The notes under the pieces are model-generated. The model worked only from the letters and a program-made list of their open reading frames with translations. It had not been told where the DNA came from and ran no database searches. A DNA stretch of 60,130 nt, filler included. It is 3 parts of 3 records of this genome, joined end to end, with 100 filler letters (N's around TTAATTAATTAA, not from the genome) between each part and the next. Parts side by side here need not be neighbours in the genome. Positions count along the whole stretch, not along the records: positions 46,272 to 60,130 come from SRR31156797_3299; 2 more parts are not named here. One strand, 5' to 3'. Positions 48,879 to 58,372 of the stretch are shown here, piece after piece. The number at the start of each line of letters is the position of its first letter. Positions within the stretch are counted from its first letter, which is position 1. The position numbers were made by a program, and so were the translations under genes.

Positions 48879-49814
48879 ATGGCATTCACTGCTTTCAGAG
48901 ATATGAAACCCTTTTCGCAATTGTTTTTTGCTGCCTTTGTAATCGTTGTTAGTGTAATCGTTTTTTTCTTTATTGCTTTTGCTATTGCAACACCAATTTG
49001 GGGATTAGAAACGGTTTTACATCTTCCGAAAATTGATTCAGAAACACCAGCCGAAATCATTAATTTGTATAAGCTGATTCAAGTTACGCAGGCAATCGGT
49101 TTTTTTATCGTTCCTCCATTTATTCTTGGTTATCTCTTTAAGGGAAATTCGGGAAAATATTTATACCTCGACCAAAGCTTTAACGCACAGAGTGTAATTC
49201 TGGTTATTGCGTTGATGTTTTTTGCTGGTCCTTTTATTAATTTGATAGGTGAAATCAATAGTAATATGTCTTTGCCGGAAGGATTGGCGGAGATAGAAAA
49301 ATGGATGAAAGATGCAGAAGAAAATGCCGCAAAAATTACGGAGGTTTTTCTAAATGTACAGACCTTGCCTGGTTTGGCATTTAATATTTTTATGATAGCC
49401 CTTCTGCCTGCTATCGGAGAAGAGTTATTGTTTCGCGGAGTAATTCAAAAAATATTTACAAACTTAACTCGCAATCATCATTGGGGAATATGGATATCGG
49501 CCATACTTTTTAGTGCCTTGCACATGCAGTTTTATGGTTTTGTTCCGAGGGTATTGCTGGGAGCTATGTTTGGTTACCTGTTGGTTTGGAGTGGATCGAT
49601 TTGGTTGCCCATTCTTGCCCATTTTCTAAATAATGGAATTGCAGTTATTGCCATGTTTTTTATAAATAAAAATATGCTGAGTCGGGAGTATGAAGAAATA
49701 GGATCGAACAGCGATAGTTATTATTTGGCAGGTGTAAGTTTGGCTTTGATTCTGGTTTTTATACTAATGATAAAGAAGCAGAATGCTGGTAGGCAGCTTT
49801 CAGTTTCAGAATAA
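48879..49814 (+). CDS. CPBP family intramembrane glutamic endopeptidase (CAAX protease II)
   Basis: GEELLFRG, FSALH, AHFLNN motifs. TATCTTTG promoter element at 48852-48859. Confidence 0.92.
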   Translation: MAFTAFRDMKPFSQLFFAAFVIVVSVIVFFFIAFAIATPIWGLETVLHLPKIDSETPAEIINLYKLIQVTQAIGFFIVPPFILGYLFKGNSGKYLYLDQSFNAQSVILVIALMFFAGPFINLIGEINSNMSLPEGLAEIEKWMKDAEENAAKITEVFLNVQTLPGLAFNIFMIALLPAIGEELLFRGVIQKIFTNLTRNHHWGIWISAILFSALHMQFYGFVPRVLLGAMFGYLLVWSGSIWLPILAHFLNNGIAVIAMFFINKNMLSREYEEIGSNSDSYYLAGVSLALILVFILMIKKQNAGRQLSVSE

Positions 49815-49885
49815 TATTGATCAAAAAAAATCCCAAACCAGTTAGTGTTGATTTGAGATTCTGATGATATCTGAATTATTTGTCT

Positions 49886-50623
49886 TTAAGCAAATTCAAA
49901 CAGCAAGTCGGTTTGCATTTCTTCCGCATTCATCTTTTTCTTTTCATTTCGGCGGAAAACGTAAACAATGCCGTATTCTTGAGCCAATTGGCGTTTGACT
50001 TTTGGCGTTTCGGCTTCTATACCTTCTTCAATTTCAGTCCAAAGTTTACTGATAAATTCGTTGGTGATTTTTCGAAGCGCTTGCATTTTATCGAACGAAC
50101 GTAATGTATTTCGTTTTAAAGTTTGCTGAAAAACAGCAGCATCATGCAATTCCTGTACCTTAAATTTTACCAGGGCAATGGAAGGATTATAAATGGCACT
50201 TCCACCATGTTGCATGCGCTTTTGCTCGCCTTCTATCATTTTATTACCCCACTCAAGAATATCATTCTCGTTATTTAAAGGTGGTACCTTGCCTTCATAG
50301 TCCGGCAGGCCATCGTAATATTTAATCCCACCATTTATTTCACCACGCTCCGAAGCAAACAACAATACTTGTATAAAGTGCGAAACATACATTTTAGCCC
50401 TGTCGTAGGCTTCCTTGTATTCTTTAATGTTTTCCGATTGTAATTTAGTATCCAGCTCGTATTGGGTAAGATGATTTTCAAAATTATTTTTGGTATTCTG
50501 AAGTTCTTCCACCGAGTGATTAGAAAATGCAATTTTGTTACCGTTCTTAATCACTTTTGCCAACGCAGCATTCAACGCGCGTATCCTTGCTTTATCTGTA
50601 GTTGGTAAACGTCTGTAAGGCAT
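49886..50623 (-). CDS. Conserved Bacteroidota hypothetical helical protein
   Basis: 245-aa clean ORF starting MPYRRLPTTD and ending with EYGIVYVFR, a pattern I recall from Bacteroidales hypotheticals. TATCTTCG promoter-like element upstream. Confidence 0.75.
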   Translation of the reverse strand: MPYRRLPTTDKARIRALNAALAKVIKNGNKIAFSNHSVEELQNTKNNFENHLTQYELDTKLQSENIKEYKEAYDRAKMYVSHFIQVLLFASERGEINGGIKYYDGLPDYEGKVPPLNNENDILEWGNKMIEGEQKRMQHGGSAIYNPSIALVKFKVQELHDAAVFQQTLKRNTLRSFDKMQALRKITNEFISKLWTEIEEGIEAETPKVKRQLAQEYGIVYVFRRNEKKKMNAEEMQTDLLFEFA

Positions 50624-50867
50624 ATTCTTAAAGTGTTTATGCGAAGATATCGAATCGTCAGTTCAAATCCTTTTGTTCGCAAGTTCACTTATGCACATAT
50701 GGTTGTGAATTAAGGAAGAATAATACCCTTATGTCTCATTTTAATTGTCCCCGACTGATAAGCAGGTCGGTGTTATTAACTATAAATCTATCACTTAACA
50801 GTTTTCAACAAACAGAAAACCCGATCCAAATAATGAACCGGGTTTTGATGTATCTTAGTTGTTGCTA

Positions 50868-52064
50868 TTATTCTCCGCGAACTGCAGCAACACCTGGAAG
50901 TGTTTTCCCTTCTAGGTATTCTAACAATGCACCACCGGCCGTTGAGATGTACGAAACGCCATCGGCAAAACCAAACTGGTTTACACAAGCTACTGAGTCA
51001 CCACCACCTACAAGCGAGAAAGCACCTTTTTTGGATGCTTCCACAATGGAAGTGCCAATTGCTTTCGATCCGTTAGCAAATTTATCCATTTCGAAAACAC
51101 CTATAGGTCCGTTCCAAAGGATAGTTCCTGAGTTTTCAATTACTTTATTAAAAACTTCAACCGTTTCAGGTCCGGCATCCAGTCCCATCCATCCATCAGG
51201 AATTTCATCAACAGGAATTATTTTGGTATTAGCGTCGTTACTAAAAGCATCTGCTGCAACAACGTCGGTAGCCATGTATAATTTTACACCTTTTTCCTTG
51301 GCTAGTTTTTCAATGTTTAATGCAGTTTCCAGGAAATCATCTTCACAAATCGAGCTACCTACTTTCCCTCCGTGTGCTTTTATGAATGTAAATTTCATTC
51401 CACCACCCAGAATCAGGTTGTCAACTTTGTCGAGCAGGTTTTCGATGATCGTAATTTTCGATGAAACTTTAGCCCCACCCATAATTGCAGTAAGTGGGCG
51501 TTTTGGTGCTTTTACAACTTTATCCAGGCTTTCTACTTCGCTCTCAATTAAGTAACCAAACATTTTATCGTTAGGGAAAAACTTAGCGATTACAGCTGTT
51601 GAAGCATGTGCACGATGAGCTGTTCCAAAAGCATCGTTTACCCAGCAATCGCCGTTTTCAGCTAGTTTAGCAGCAAATTCTTCATCGCCTTTTGTTTCTT
51701 CCTTATAAAAACGAAGGTTTTCCAATATCAAAACTTCACCAGGTTGAACAGAGTTGGCCATTGCTTTTACTTCCTCTCCAATACAGTCAGGAGCAATTTT
51801 AACTGTTGCACCACCAAGCAATTCCGATAAATGGTTTACTAAAGGCTTTAACGAAAATTTTTCTTCCGGTCCGTTTTTCGGACGACCAAGGTGTGACATG
51901 ATAATTGGAGAACCACCACCCTCAATTATTTTCTTAATTGTAGGAAGTGCTGCACGCATACGTGTATCGTCAGTAATCTCAAAATTCTCGTTTAAAGGTA
52001 CGTTAAAGTCAACGCGGATTAGAGCCCTTTTTCCTTTAAAATCGTAGCTGCTAATAGTTTGCAT
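50868..52064 (-). CDS. pgk: Phosphoglycerate kinase
   Basis: [50 protein letters not shown] element at 52102-52109. Confidence 0.98.
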   Translation of the reverse strand: MQTISSYDFKGKRALIRVDFNVPLNENFEITDDTRMRAALPTIKKIIEGGGSPIIMSHLGRPKNGPEEKFSLKPLVNHLSELLGGATVKIAPDCIGEEVKAMANSVQPGEVLILENLRFYKEETKGDEEFAAKLAENGDCWVNDAFGTAHRAHASTAVIAKFFPNDKMFGYLIESEVESLDKVVKAPKRPLTAIMGGAKVSSKITIIENLLDKVDNLILGGGMKFTFIKAHGGKVGSSICEDDFLETALNIEKLAKEKGVKLYMATDVVAADAFSNDANTKIIPVDEIPDGWMGLDAGPETVEVFNKVIENSGTILWNGPIGVFEMDKFANGSKAIGTSIVEASKKGAFSLVGGGDSVACVNQFGFADGVSYISTAGGALLEYLEGKTLPGVAAVRGE

Positions 52065-52333
52065 GATATTATTATTTTTAGTGTTTTTTGAAAAATTCAA
52101 CCAAAGATAGGAATTAATAGCTCGATAAAACAGGGGATATTTTATCGGCTTTATAATTTAATGTTGGGGTAAACTATAAAATTGCAGCCTGAACTCTTCT
52201 AAAACCATACATTTTCTACTTTTCTTTCTTAAAAGAATCACTTTAATACAAGCGCTGGCGATATTTTGGTATTCCTACTTCTTCCTTTTTAATACGCATT
52301 GTAGGAAACGATAGAAAGTGCTATTTTTGGCTT

Positions 52334-53458
52334 ATGTTTTTCAAAAATGTAGTAGGACAAAACGATATAAAAAGCCGCCTTATTCGCTCGGTAAAAGAGG
52401 AAAGAATCAGTCATGCACAGTTGTTTTCGGGCCCTTCGGGAACAGGTAAGCTGGCTATGGCCCTGGCTTATGCGCAATACATTTCATGTACGAATCGTAA
52501 CGATGAAGATTCATGTGGTGTATGCGCAAGTTGTCATAAATACCAAAAACTGGCTCACCCCGATTTACATTTTGTATATCCGATATTTAATGCCAAACAA
52601 TTTAACAAACCAGTAAGCGACGATTTTCTTCCGCAATGGCGCGAAAAGGTAATTGCGAATCCTTACTTTCAGTTAAGCGACTGGTTAAGCTACATTGATG
52701 CCGGGAATGCACAGGGAGAGATTTATGAGCGCGAAAGTGAATCCATCTTGCGAAAACTAAATTTGAAATCGTTTGAGTCGGAGTTTAAGGTAATGATTAT
52801 TTGGTTGCCCGAGAAAATGAATATCGCTTGCTCCAACAAACTCTTAAAAATGATTGAAGAGCCACCCAACAAAACGTTGTTTCTTTTGGTGACTGAAAAC
52901 GAAGAAGGGGTGATTGGAACGATTCGGTCGAGAGCGCAACTGGTTAAGTTTCCTTTTGTTGATAATCAATCGTTGCAAAATGCTTTGTTGCAAATTGATG
53001 GAATAGATCCGGAAATTGTACCCGACGCTGTGCATTTGGCTTCAGGGAGTTACATCAGGGCATTGGAATACCTGAATCCCGGCGACGATGAACAGTATTA
53101 TTTTCAAAAATTTCAAGAAATGATGCGTTTTGCCTACGCCCGCCAGGTAAAAGATTTAATTGACTGGGCCGATGAAATGGCCGGTATTGGCCGCGATAAA
53201 CAAAAGGCATACTTTGCTGCTGCATTGCGGTTGGTGCGTGAATATTTTATTTCGAATATGAAACGAAGTGAAATTGTATACATGAACCGCGCCGAAAAAG
53301 AGTGGGGGAAAAAATTTGCTCCTTTTATAAACGAACGTAACATTGTAGCATTTGCCAACGAATTTGAACTGGCCATAAAACACATTTCAATGAATGGTAA
53401 TCCGCGTATTGTTTTTATGGATACCGGACTGCGGATGGTGCGGTTGATAAAACGGTAA
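52334..53458 (+). CDS. holB: DNA polymerase III subunit delta-prime
   Basis: HAQLFSGPSGTGK, zinc module C..CGVCASC, HPDL, NKLLKMIEEPP, TIRSR. Confidence 0.9.
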   Translation: MFFKNVVGQNDIKSRLIRSVKEERISHAQLFSGPSGTGKLAMALAYAQYISCTNRNDEDSCGVCASCHKYQKLAHPDLHFVYPIFNAKQFNKPVSDDFLPQWREKVIANPYFQLSDWLSYIDAGNAQGEIYERESESILRKLNLKSFESEFKVMIIWLPEKMNIACSNKLLKMIEEPPNKTLFLLVTENEEGVIGTIRSRAQLVKFPFVDNQSLQNALLQIDGIDPEIVPDAVHLASGSYIRALEYLNPGDDEQYYFQKFQEMMRFAYARQVKDLIDWADEMAGIGRDKQKAYFAAALRLVREYFISNMKRSEIVYMNRAEKEWGKKFAPFINERNIVAFANEFELAIKHISMNGNPRIVFMDTGLRMVRLIKR

Positions 53459-53790
53459 ATATTATTGAACCTGGATACTGTTACGGAAGTGTAGAATCTT
53501 CCTATTTTAGATTCATTTTAAAAACCAGCACTTTGTAAATCAAATTGCTATTAATCATTATTTTTGCAGACTATACCAATTGTTCTCAAAGTGAGCCATA
53601 TGCAAAACTTTGTAGTTGTTCCAATGTACACTGGTGATTGGTGTTGATAGACAATTGAAAAGGCTTAAGGAGTGAAAAGATCTTAGGGTTTAATTCAGTT
53701 GCTAATCGGTATTAATTGCTTATATTGGCATTGCCGGATAAAAAGGCTTTTAAGTTTTTAGTTAAAAATCACGGTGCTTAAGCCTAAAAA

Positions 53791-55068
53791 ATGAAAGATA
53801 TAAACACTACAGATAGAGGAATTTGTCAATCGAAAAAAGGAGGAACCTGCGGAAAACTTCAGGTAACCGACTGGCTTGGCGATGTTCAGCCTGCTTATAA
53901 AGGTGAAGACATTGTTGAGGTTCGGTTTAAAAATACCCGGAAAGATTATTATAAAAACGTAAACAACCTAAAACTAAAGGTTGGTGAGTTAATTGCTGTT
54001 GAGGGTAATCCGGGACACGATATTGGTATTGTTTCGTTGATGGGTGATTTGGTTTATCAGCAGATGAACCGCCATAAAGTTACTCTGAACAACGGCGAAT
54101 ACCGAAAGATTTACCGACACGCCAAACCTGTTGACATCGATAAATGGAAAGAAGCCATCTCGCTGGAACACGAAACAATGATCAAATCGAGACAGATTGT
54201 TAAAGACCTGGGGCTTGAGATGAAAATTGGTGATGTGGAATACCAGGGAGACAGAACCAAGGCTATCTTTTATTATATCGCCGACGGGCGTGTAGATTTT
54301 CGCCAGCTGATTAAAGTTTTGGCCGAAACTTTCCGCATTCGTATTGAAATGAAACAGATAGGTGCCCGCCAGGAAGCCGGTCGAATTGGCGGGATTGGCC
54401 CATGTGGCCGAACTTTATGCTGCTCTACCTGGATGAGTAACTTTGTTTCGGTTACCACCAATGCTGCCCGTTACCAGGAAATTTCGTTAAATCCGCAAAA
54501 ATTAGCCGGACAATGTGGTAAGCTGAAATGTTGCCTGAACTTTGAAGTGGATGCCTATATTGATGCACAAAAAAAGTTTCCTCCCAACAATATACCGCTT
54601 GAAACAGAAAACCGGATCTATACTTTTTTAAAGTCGGATGTGTTTAACGGACTGTACTGGTATGCACCAAAAGGAGATGGCCCGGCAAGTTTGGTTGCAG
54701 TACCTGTTGAACGTGTTGAAGAGGTACAACGTCTAAACCGAAAAGGGAAAAAACCAGAAAAACTGGTAACCGAAAAATATGAAGAAGGAATAAGAAAACA
54801 TGAAACCTTCCACAATGTGGTTGGTCAGGAAGATCTGGACCGTTTCGATAAAGCAAAGAAACAAGGACGAAACAAAAAGCGAAGCAACCGCAGGAGCTCG
54901 GCACATGCACAAGGACAAAACCAGCAGGGGCAAGGACAACGGCGGTCTAATCAACCCAAAAAGCAAGGACAAAATCAATCTAAAGGTAAAAATCAAGGAG
55001 CGGGACAGAAATCAAACCGCGGATCAAATCAAACTCAAATCTCAAATCGAAATCCAAGACGAAAATAG
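53791..55068 (+). CDS. ricT: PSP1-domain protein RicT/YaaT
   Basis: RVDFRQLIK, RIEMKQIGARQEA, GGIGPCGRTLCC, KLAGQCGKLKCCLNFE, low-complexity basic tail. Confidence 0.92.
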   Translation: MKDINTTDRGICQSKKGGTCGKLQVTDWLGDVQPAYKGEDIVEVRFKNTRKDYYKNVNNLKLKVGELIAVEGNPGHDIGIVSLMGDLVYQQMNRHKVTLNNGEYRKIYRHAKPVDIDKWKEAISLEHETMIKSRQIVKDLGLEMKIGDVEYQGDRTKAIFYYIADGRVDFRQLIKVLAETFRIRIEMKQIGARQEAGRIGGIGPCGRTLCCSTWMSNFVSVTTNAARYQEISLNPQKLAGQCGKLKCCLNFEVDAYIDAQKKFPPNNIPLETENRIYTFLKSDVFNGLYWYAPKGDGPASLVAVPVERVEEVQRLNRKGKKPEKLVTEKYEEGIRKHETFHNVVGQEDLDRFDKAKKQGRNKKRSNRRSSAHAQGQNQQGQGQRRSNQPKKQGQNQSKGKNQGAGQKSNRGSNQTQISNRNPRRK

Positions 55069-55269
55069 AGGTACAACAATTATGATTTTAAAGTACATTT
55101 GCCAAAATTAAAATCAAAAGAGTTACGTCCGTAAAAAAACAGACAATTAGAAACAGATGAAACGAGCATGGTAGAACTTTACCACACAGGAGAATGACTA
55201 TCGTGAGAGTTACCTGCCTACCGGAACTGGCAGGCATCAGTCACTTTTAAAATAAACAATTATTGACGA

Positions 55270-55740
55270 ATGAAATATATCTTTCAGACCGTATTATTGT
55301 TATTGGTTATAACAATTATTTCAGCCTGCGACACTAAACGTGTTTTTGATGAATATATACCTTTAAAAAATCAAACCTGGCATAAAGATTCGTTGGTGAT
55401 CTTTTCTGTTCCTGTAAACGATACTGTTTTAAATCACGATTTATATTTAAACATCCGTAACGATATAAATTATAGTTTCAGCAATTTATGGTTGTTTATT
55501 AAAATTGAACAACCCAATGGTGAAGCAATAAGAGACACTTTTGAAATGGTTTTGGCCGATCCGTCGGGCAAATGGCTCGGTAAGGGTTTTGGAGGATTAA
55601 AAACACGAGAGGCAATTTACAGACGCAATGTGTATTTTCCCCGATCGGGGAACTATACCATTAGTGTTCAGCAAGGTATGCGGGAACAGGAGCTGGAAGG
55701 TATAACAGACGTTGGATTACGCATTGAAAAGATAAATTAG
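55270..55740 (+). CDS. gldH: Gliding motility lipoprotein GldH
   Basis: Lipobox ISAC, YSFSNLWL, DTFEMVLADPSGKWLGKG, QQGMRE, GITDVGLRIE. Confidence 0.9.
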   Translation: MKYIFQTVLLLLVITIISACDTKRVFDEYIPLKNQTWHKDSLVIFSVPVNDTVLNHDLYLNIRNDINYSFSNLWLFIKIEQPNGEAIRDTFEMVLADPSGKWLGKGFGGLKTREAIYRRNVYFPRSGNYTISVQQGMREQELEGITDVGLRIEKIN

Positions 55741-55759
55741 TTTTATAAGATAGTTAAAA

Positions 55760-56500
55760 GTGGGTAAGGGGAAGCTGAAGAAATTTAATGAAATGAAGGA
55801 CTTCGACCATGTGGTACAGGTTCCGTTTCATATTATCGAACACAACGATTTTGATTTAAAAGGTAAGTGGGCAGAAGAGTTTTTTAAGAATGAGAATTCC
55901 ATTGTTTTGGAGCTGGGATGCGGGAAAGGTGAGTATACAGTAGAACTGGCTACAATAAATCCCAATATTAATTACATTGGTGTTGATATTAAAGGGGCTC
56001 GTTTGTGGAAAGGTGCCAAACTGGCCAAAGAAAGAGGCTTAAAGAATGTTGGTTTTCTGCGCACCAACATCGAACTTATAACGCAGTTTTTTGGGGAAGG
56101 AGAGGTATCGGAAATTTGGTTGACTTTTCCCGATCCGCAGATGAAACGCGTACGAAAACGTTTAACCTCAACAACTTTTCTGAATAAGTACCGAAACTTT
56201 TTAATAAAGGAGGGTATCATTCATTTAAAGTGCGACAGCAATTTTCAGTTTATCTATACTTTTGAAATGGCAAAACTGAATCAGTTTGAGATTCTGGCAA
56301 AAACAGATAACCTGTATGAATGGGAAGGATTAAACGATGTTTTACGGATTAAAACCTTTTACGAAAAACAATGGCTCGACCGAGGGATATCGAGTAAATA
56401 CCTTGCATTTAAACTTCACGATGGAAAATATGTGGAGCCGGAAATTGAGATAGAGCGGGATGAGTACCGGAGTTTTGGTAGAAGTGCGCGGGATTTATAA
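55760..56500 (+). CDS. trmB: tRNA (guanine-N7)-methyltransferase
   Basis: LELGCGKGEY, GVDIKGAR, WLTFPDPQ, KTFYEK. Confidence 0.95.
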   Translation: MGKGKLKKFNEMKDFDHVVQVPFHIIEHNDFDLKGKWAEEFFKNENSIVLELGCGKGEYTVELATINPNINYIGVDIKGARLWKGAKLAKERGLKNVGFLRTNIELITQFFGEGEVSEIWLTFPDPQMKRVRKRLTSTTFLNKYRNFLIKEGIIHLKCDSNFQFIYTFEMAKLNQFEILAKTDNLYEWEGLNDVLRIKTFYEKQWLDRGISSKYLAFKLHDGKYVEPEIEIERDEYRSFGRSARDL

Positions 56501-56560
56501 ATGGTACGATTATCATGATGGTCAGCTATTCCGGCATTTTAATATTCTAATATCTGAACA

Positions 56561-56884
56561 GTGAGCGATTTTTTCAATCAGGTTTACGAAGTGGTTAAAA
56601 TGATACCGGCAGGGAGGGTAACTTCCTATGGTGCCATAGCACGTTACCTTGGTTCGCCGGGAGCTGCACGAATGGTGGGCTGGGCCATGAACGCATGTAG
56701 TTCTCACCACGAATTTGTTCCGGCACATCGTGTTGTTAACCGAAACGGATTGCTTACCGGGAAAGCGCACTTTGATAGTCCTGAAGCCATGGTTGAACTT
56801 CTGGAAGCAGAAGGAATAAAACTAAAAGGTAACCAGATCGTTGATTTTCAGGAAAAATTTTGGAATCCGGAAATAGAACTATAA
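56561..56884 (+). CDS. MGMT-family alkyltransferase-like (ATL) protein
   Basis: IPAGRVTSYG, ARMVGWAM, VPAHRVV (active-site Cys replaced by Ala), LLEAEG. Confidence 0.9.
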   Translation: MSDFFNQVYEVVKMIPAGRVTSYGAIARYLGSPGAARMVGWAMNACSSHHEFVPAHRVVNRNGLLTGKAHFDSPEAMVELLEAEGIKLKGNQIVDFQEKFWNPEIEL

Positions 56885-57010
56885 ATCCGGAAACAATCAA
56901 AAGTTCATATGGATTAGAAAAACATTTCATCTTGAAAAATGTTCTTCTAATTGCAATTGTTACATTTGCATGTTTTAATTTAAATAATCGTTCATCAATA
57001 ATAAATTGAT

Positions 57011-58126
57011 ATGGCTGATAGTCAAAAAAAATTAATTGTTCCTAAAGATGTTACTGATGCCTTGCGTACAGTAAACTATCCGAGAAGTGAAGAAGACATT
57101 GTTCAATTGGAAATGCCCCAGGAAATTCGTATTGCGGGACAACGGATAAGCTTTTCGCTGGTTTTTCAACGAAGCAACGATCCGCATATACAAGAATTGG
57201 TTTTAGCCAGCGAGGCTGCCATTAAGAAATACCTGGGAGAACAGGTTGAAATTGAGGACAATATAGCTGTGAAGTTCATTCATGACATGGAGCGTCCGGT
57301 ATTACCAAATGTAAAAAATATTGTTGCTGTAGCTTCGGGTAAAGGTGGTGTTGGAAAATCAACGGTTGCTGTAAACCTGGCGGTTGCTCTGGCAAAATCG
57401 GGAGCAAAAGTTGGATTATTGGATGCTGATATTTTTGGCCCGTCAATTCCTAAAATGTTTGGTGCCGAAAGTGAGCGTCCGGCAGGTATAAAAATTGATG
57501 ATCGTGAAATGATCAATCCGCTTGAAAAATTCGGGGTAAAGTTTCTTTCTGTTGGTTTTTTTGTTGATTCCGACAGTGCGATAATATGGAGGGGGCCAAT
57601 GGCTTCAAATGCATTAAAACAATTAATTTCGGAAGGAAACTGGGGTGAATTGGATTATTTGTTGATCGATTTGCCTCCGGGTACCAGCGATATTCATTTA
57701 ACCCTTGTTCAGTCGGTTCCGGTAACAGGTGCTGTAATTGTTACTACTCCTCAAGATGTGGCATTGGCCGATGTAATACGTGGAGCCAGTATGTTTCAAA
57801 GTAAATCGGTAGATGTGCCGGTACTTGGATTGGTTGAAAATATGGCCTGGTTTACACCTGCAGAATTACCAGAAAATAAATATTACATTTTTGGTAAAGA
57901 GGGGGGTAAAAAACTGGCCGATAAACTAGGATTACCATTGCTGGGGCAAATTCCCATTGTTCAAAGCATTCGCGAAGGTGGCGATAGCGGATTACCGGTG
58001 GCTGCAAACGGCGATACCATTACAGGAGCAGCTTTTGCCGAAGTGGCAGAAAAAGTGAAACACCGGGTTCATGTACGTAACATTCAGTTGGCGCCTACTA
58101 AAAAGGTTAAAATTACCAGAAAATAG
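57011..58126 (+). CDS. mrp: Mrp/NBP35 (ApbC) family P-loop ATPase
   Basis: ASGKGGVGKST, LLDADIFGPS, WRGPM, DLPPGTSD, VTTPQ, VENM. TACATTTG element at 56961-56968. Confidence 0.95.
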   Translation: MADSQKKLIVPKDVTDALRTVNYPRSEEDIVQLEMPQEIRIAGQRISFSLVFQRSNDPHIQELVLASEAAIKKYLGEQVEIEDNIAVKFIHDMERPVLPNVKNIVAVASGKGGVGKSTVAVNLAVALAKSGAKVGLLDADIFGPSIPKMFGAESERPAGIKIDDREMINPLEKFGVKFLSVGFFVDSDSAIIWRGPMASNALKQLISEGNWGELDYLLIDLPPGTSDIHLTLVQSVPVTGAVIVTTPQDVALADVIRGASMFQSKSVDVPVLGLVENMAWFTPAELPENKYYIFGKEGGKKLADKLGLPLLGQIPIVQSIREGGDSGLPVAANGDTITGAAFAEVAEKVKHRVHVRNIQLAPTKKVKITRK

Positions 58127-58161
58127 AATTGAATATCAATCGATCAAGCATTGGTATGGTG

Positions 58162-58215
58162 CAAATTCCAGTTTCCGAAAACAACATAAATTGAGGAAAT
58201 TGGAATTTGTTTTTT
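58162..58215 (+). terminator. Probable terminator after mrp
   Basis: CAAATTCCAGTTTCC / GGAAATTGGAATTTG 15-bp stem (one G-U) with an 18-nt loop, followed by T6. Confidence 0.6.
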
Positions 58216-58372
58216 GCAATTTATTTCGAATTTAGCCCTTGTTGTTTGTATTTTCTAAATGGCATTCATTTTTTCTTATTTTTGCAGCGTTTACAAAACG
58301 AACAAAATAAGGATAAACAAACAATATTCTTTTGAATATTGAGTTTATTCAGTGAGTTAACAAAATACCCGT

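Noticed and set aside
48879-49814. Abortive-infection or bacteriocin-immunity role for the CPBP (Abi) protease
   Set aside because: The family name is historical and there is no defence or bacteriocin context.
50731-51555. 274-aa plus-strand ORF
   Set aside because: Antisense to pgk.
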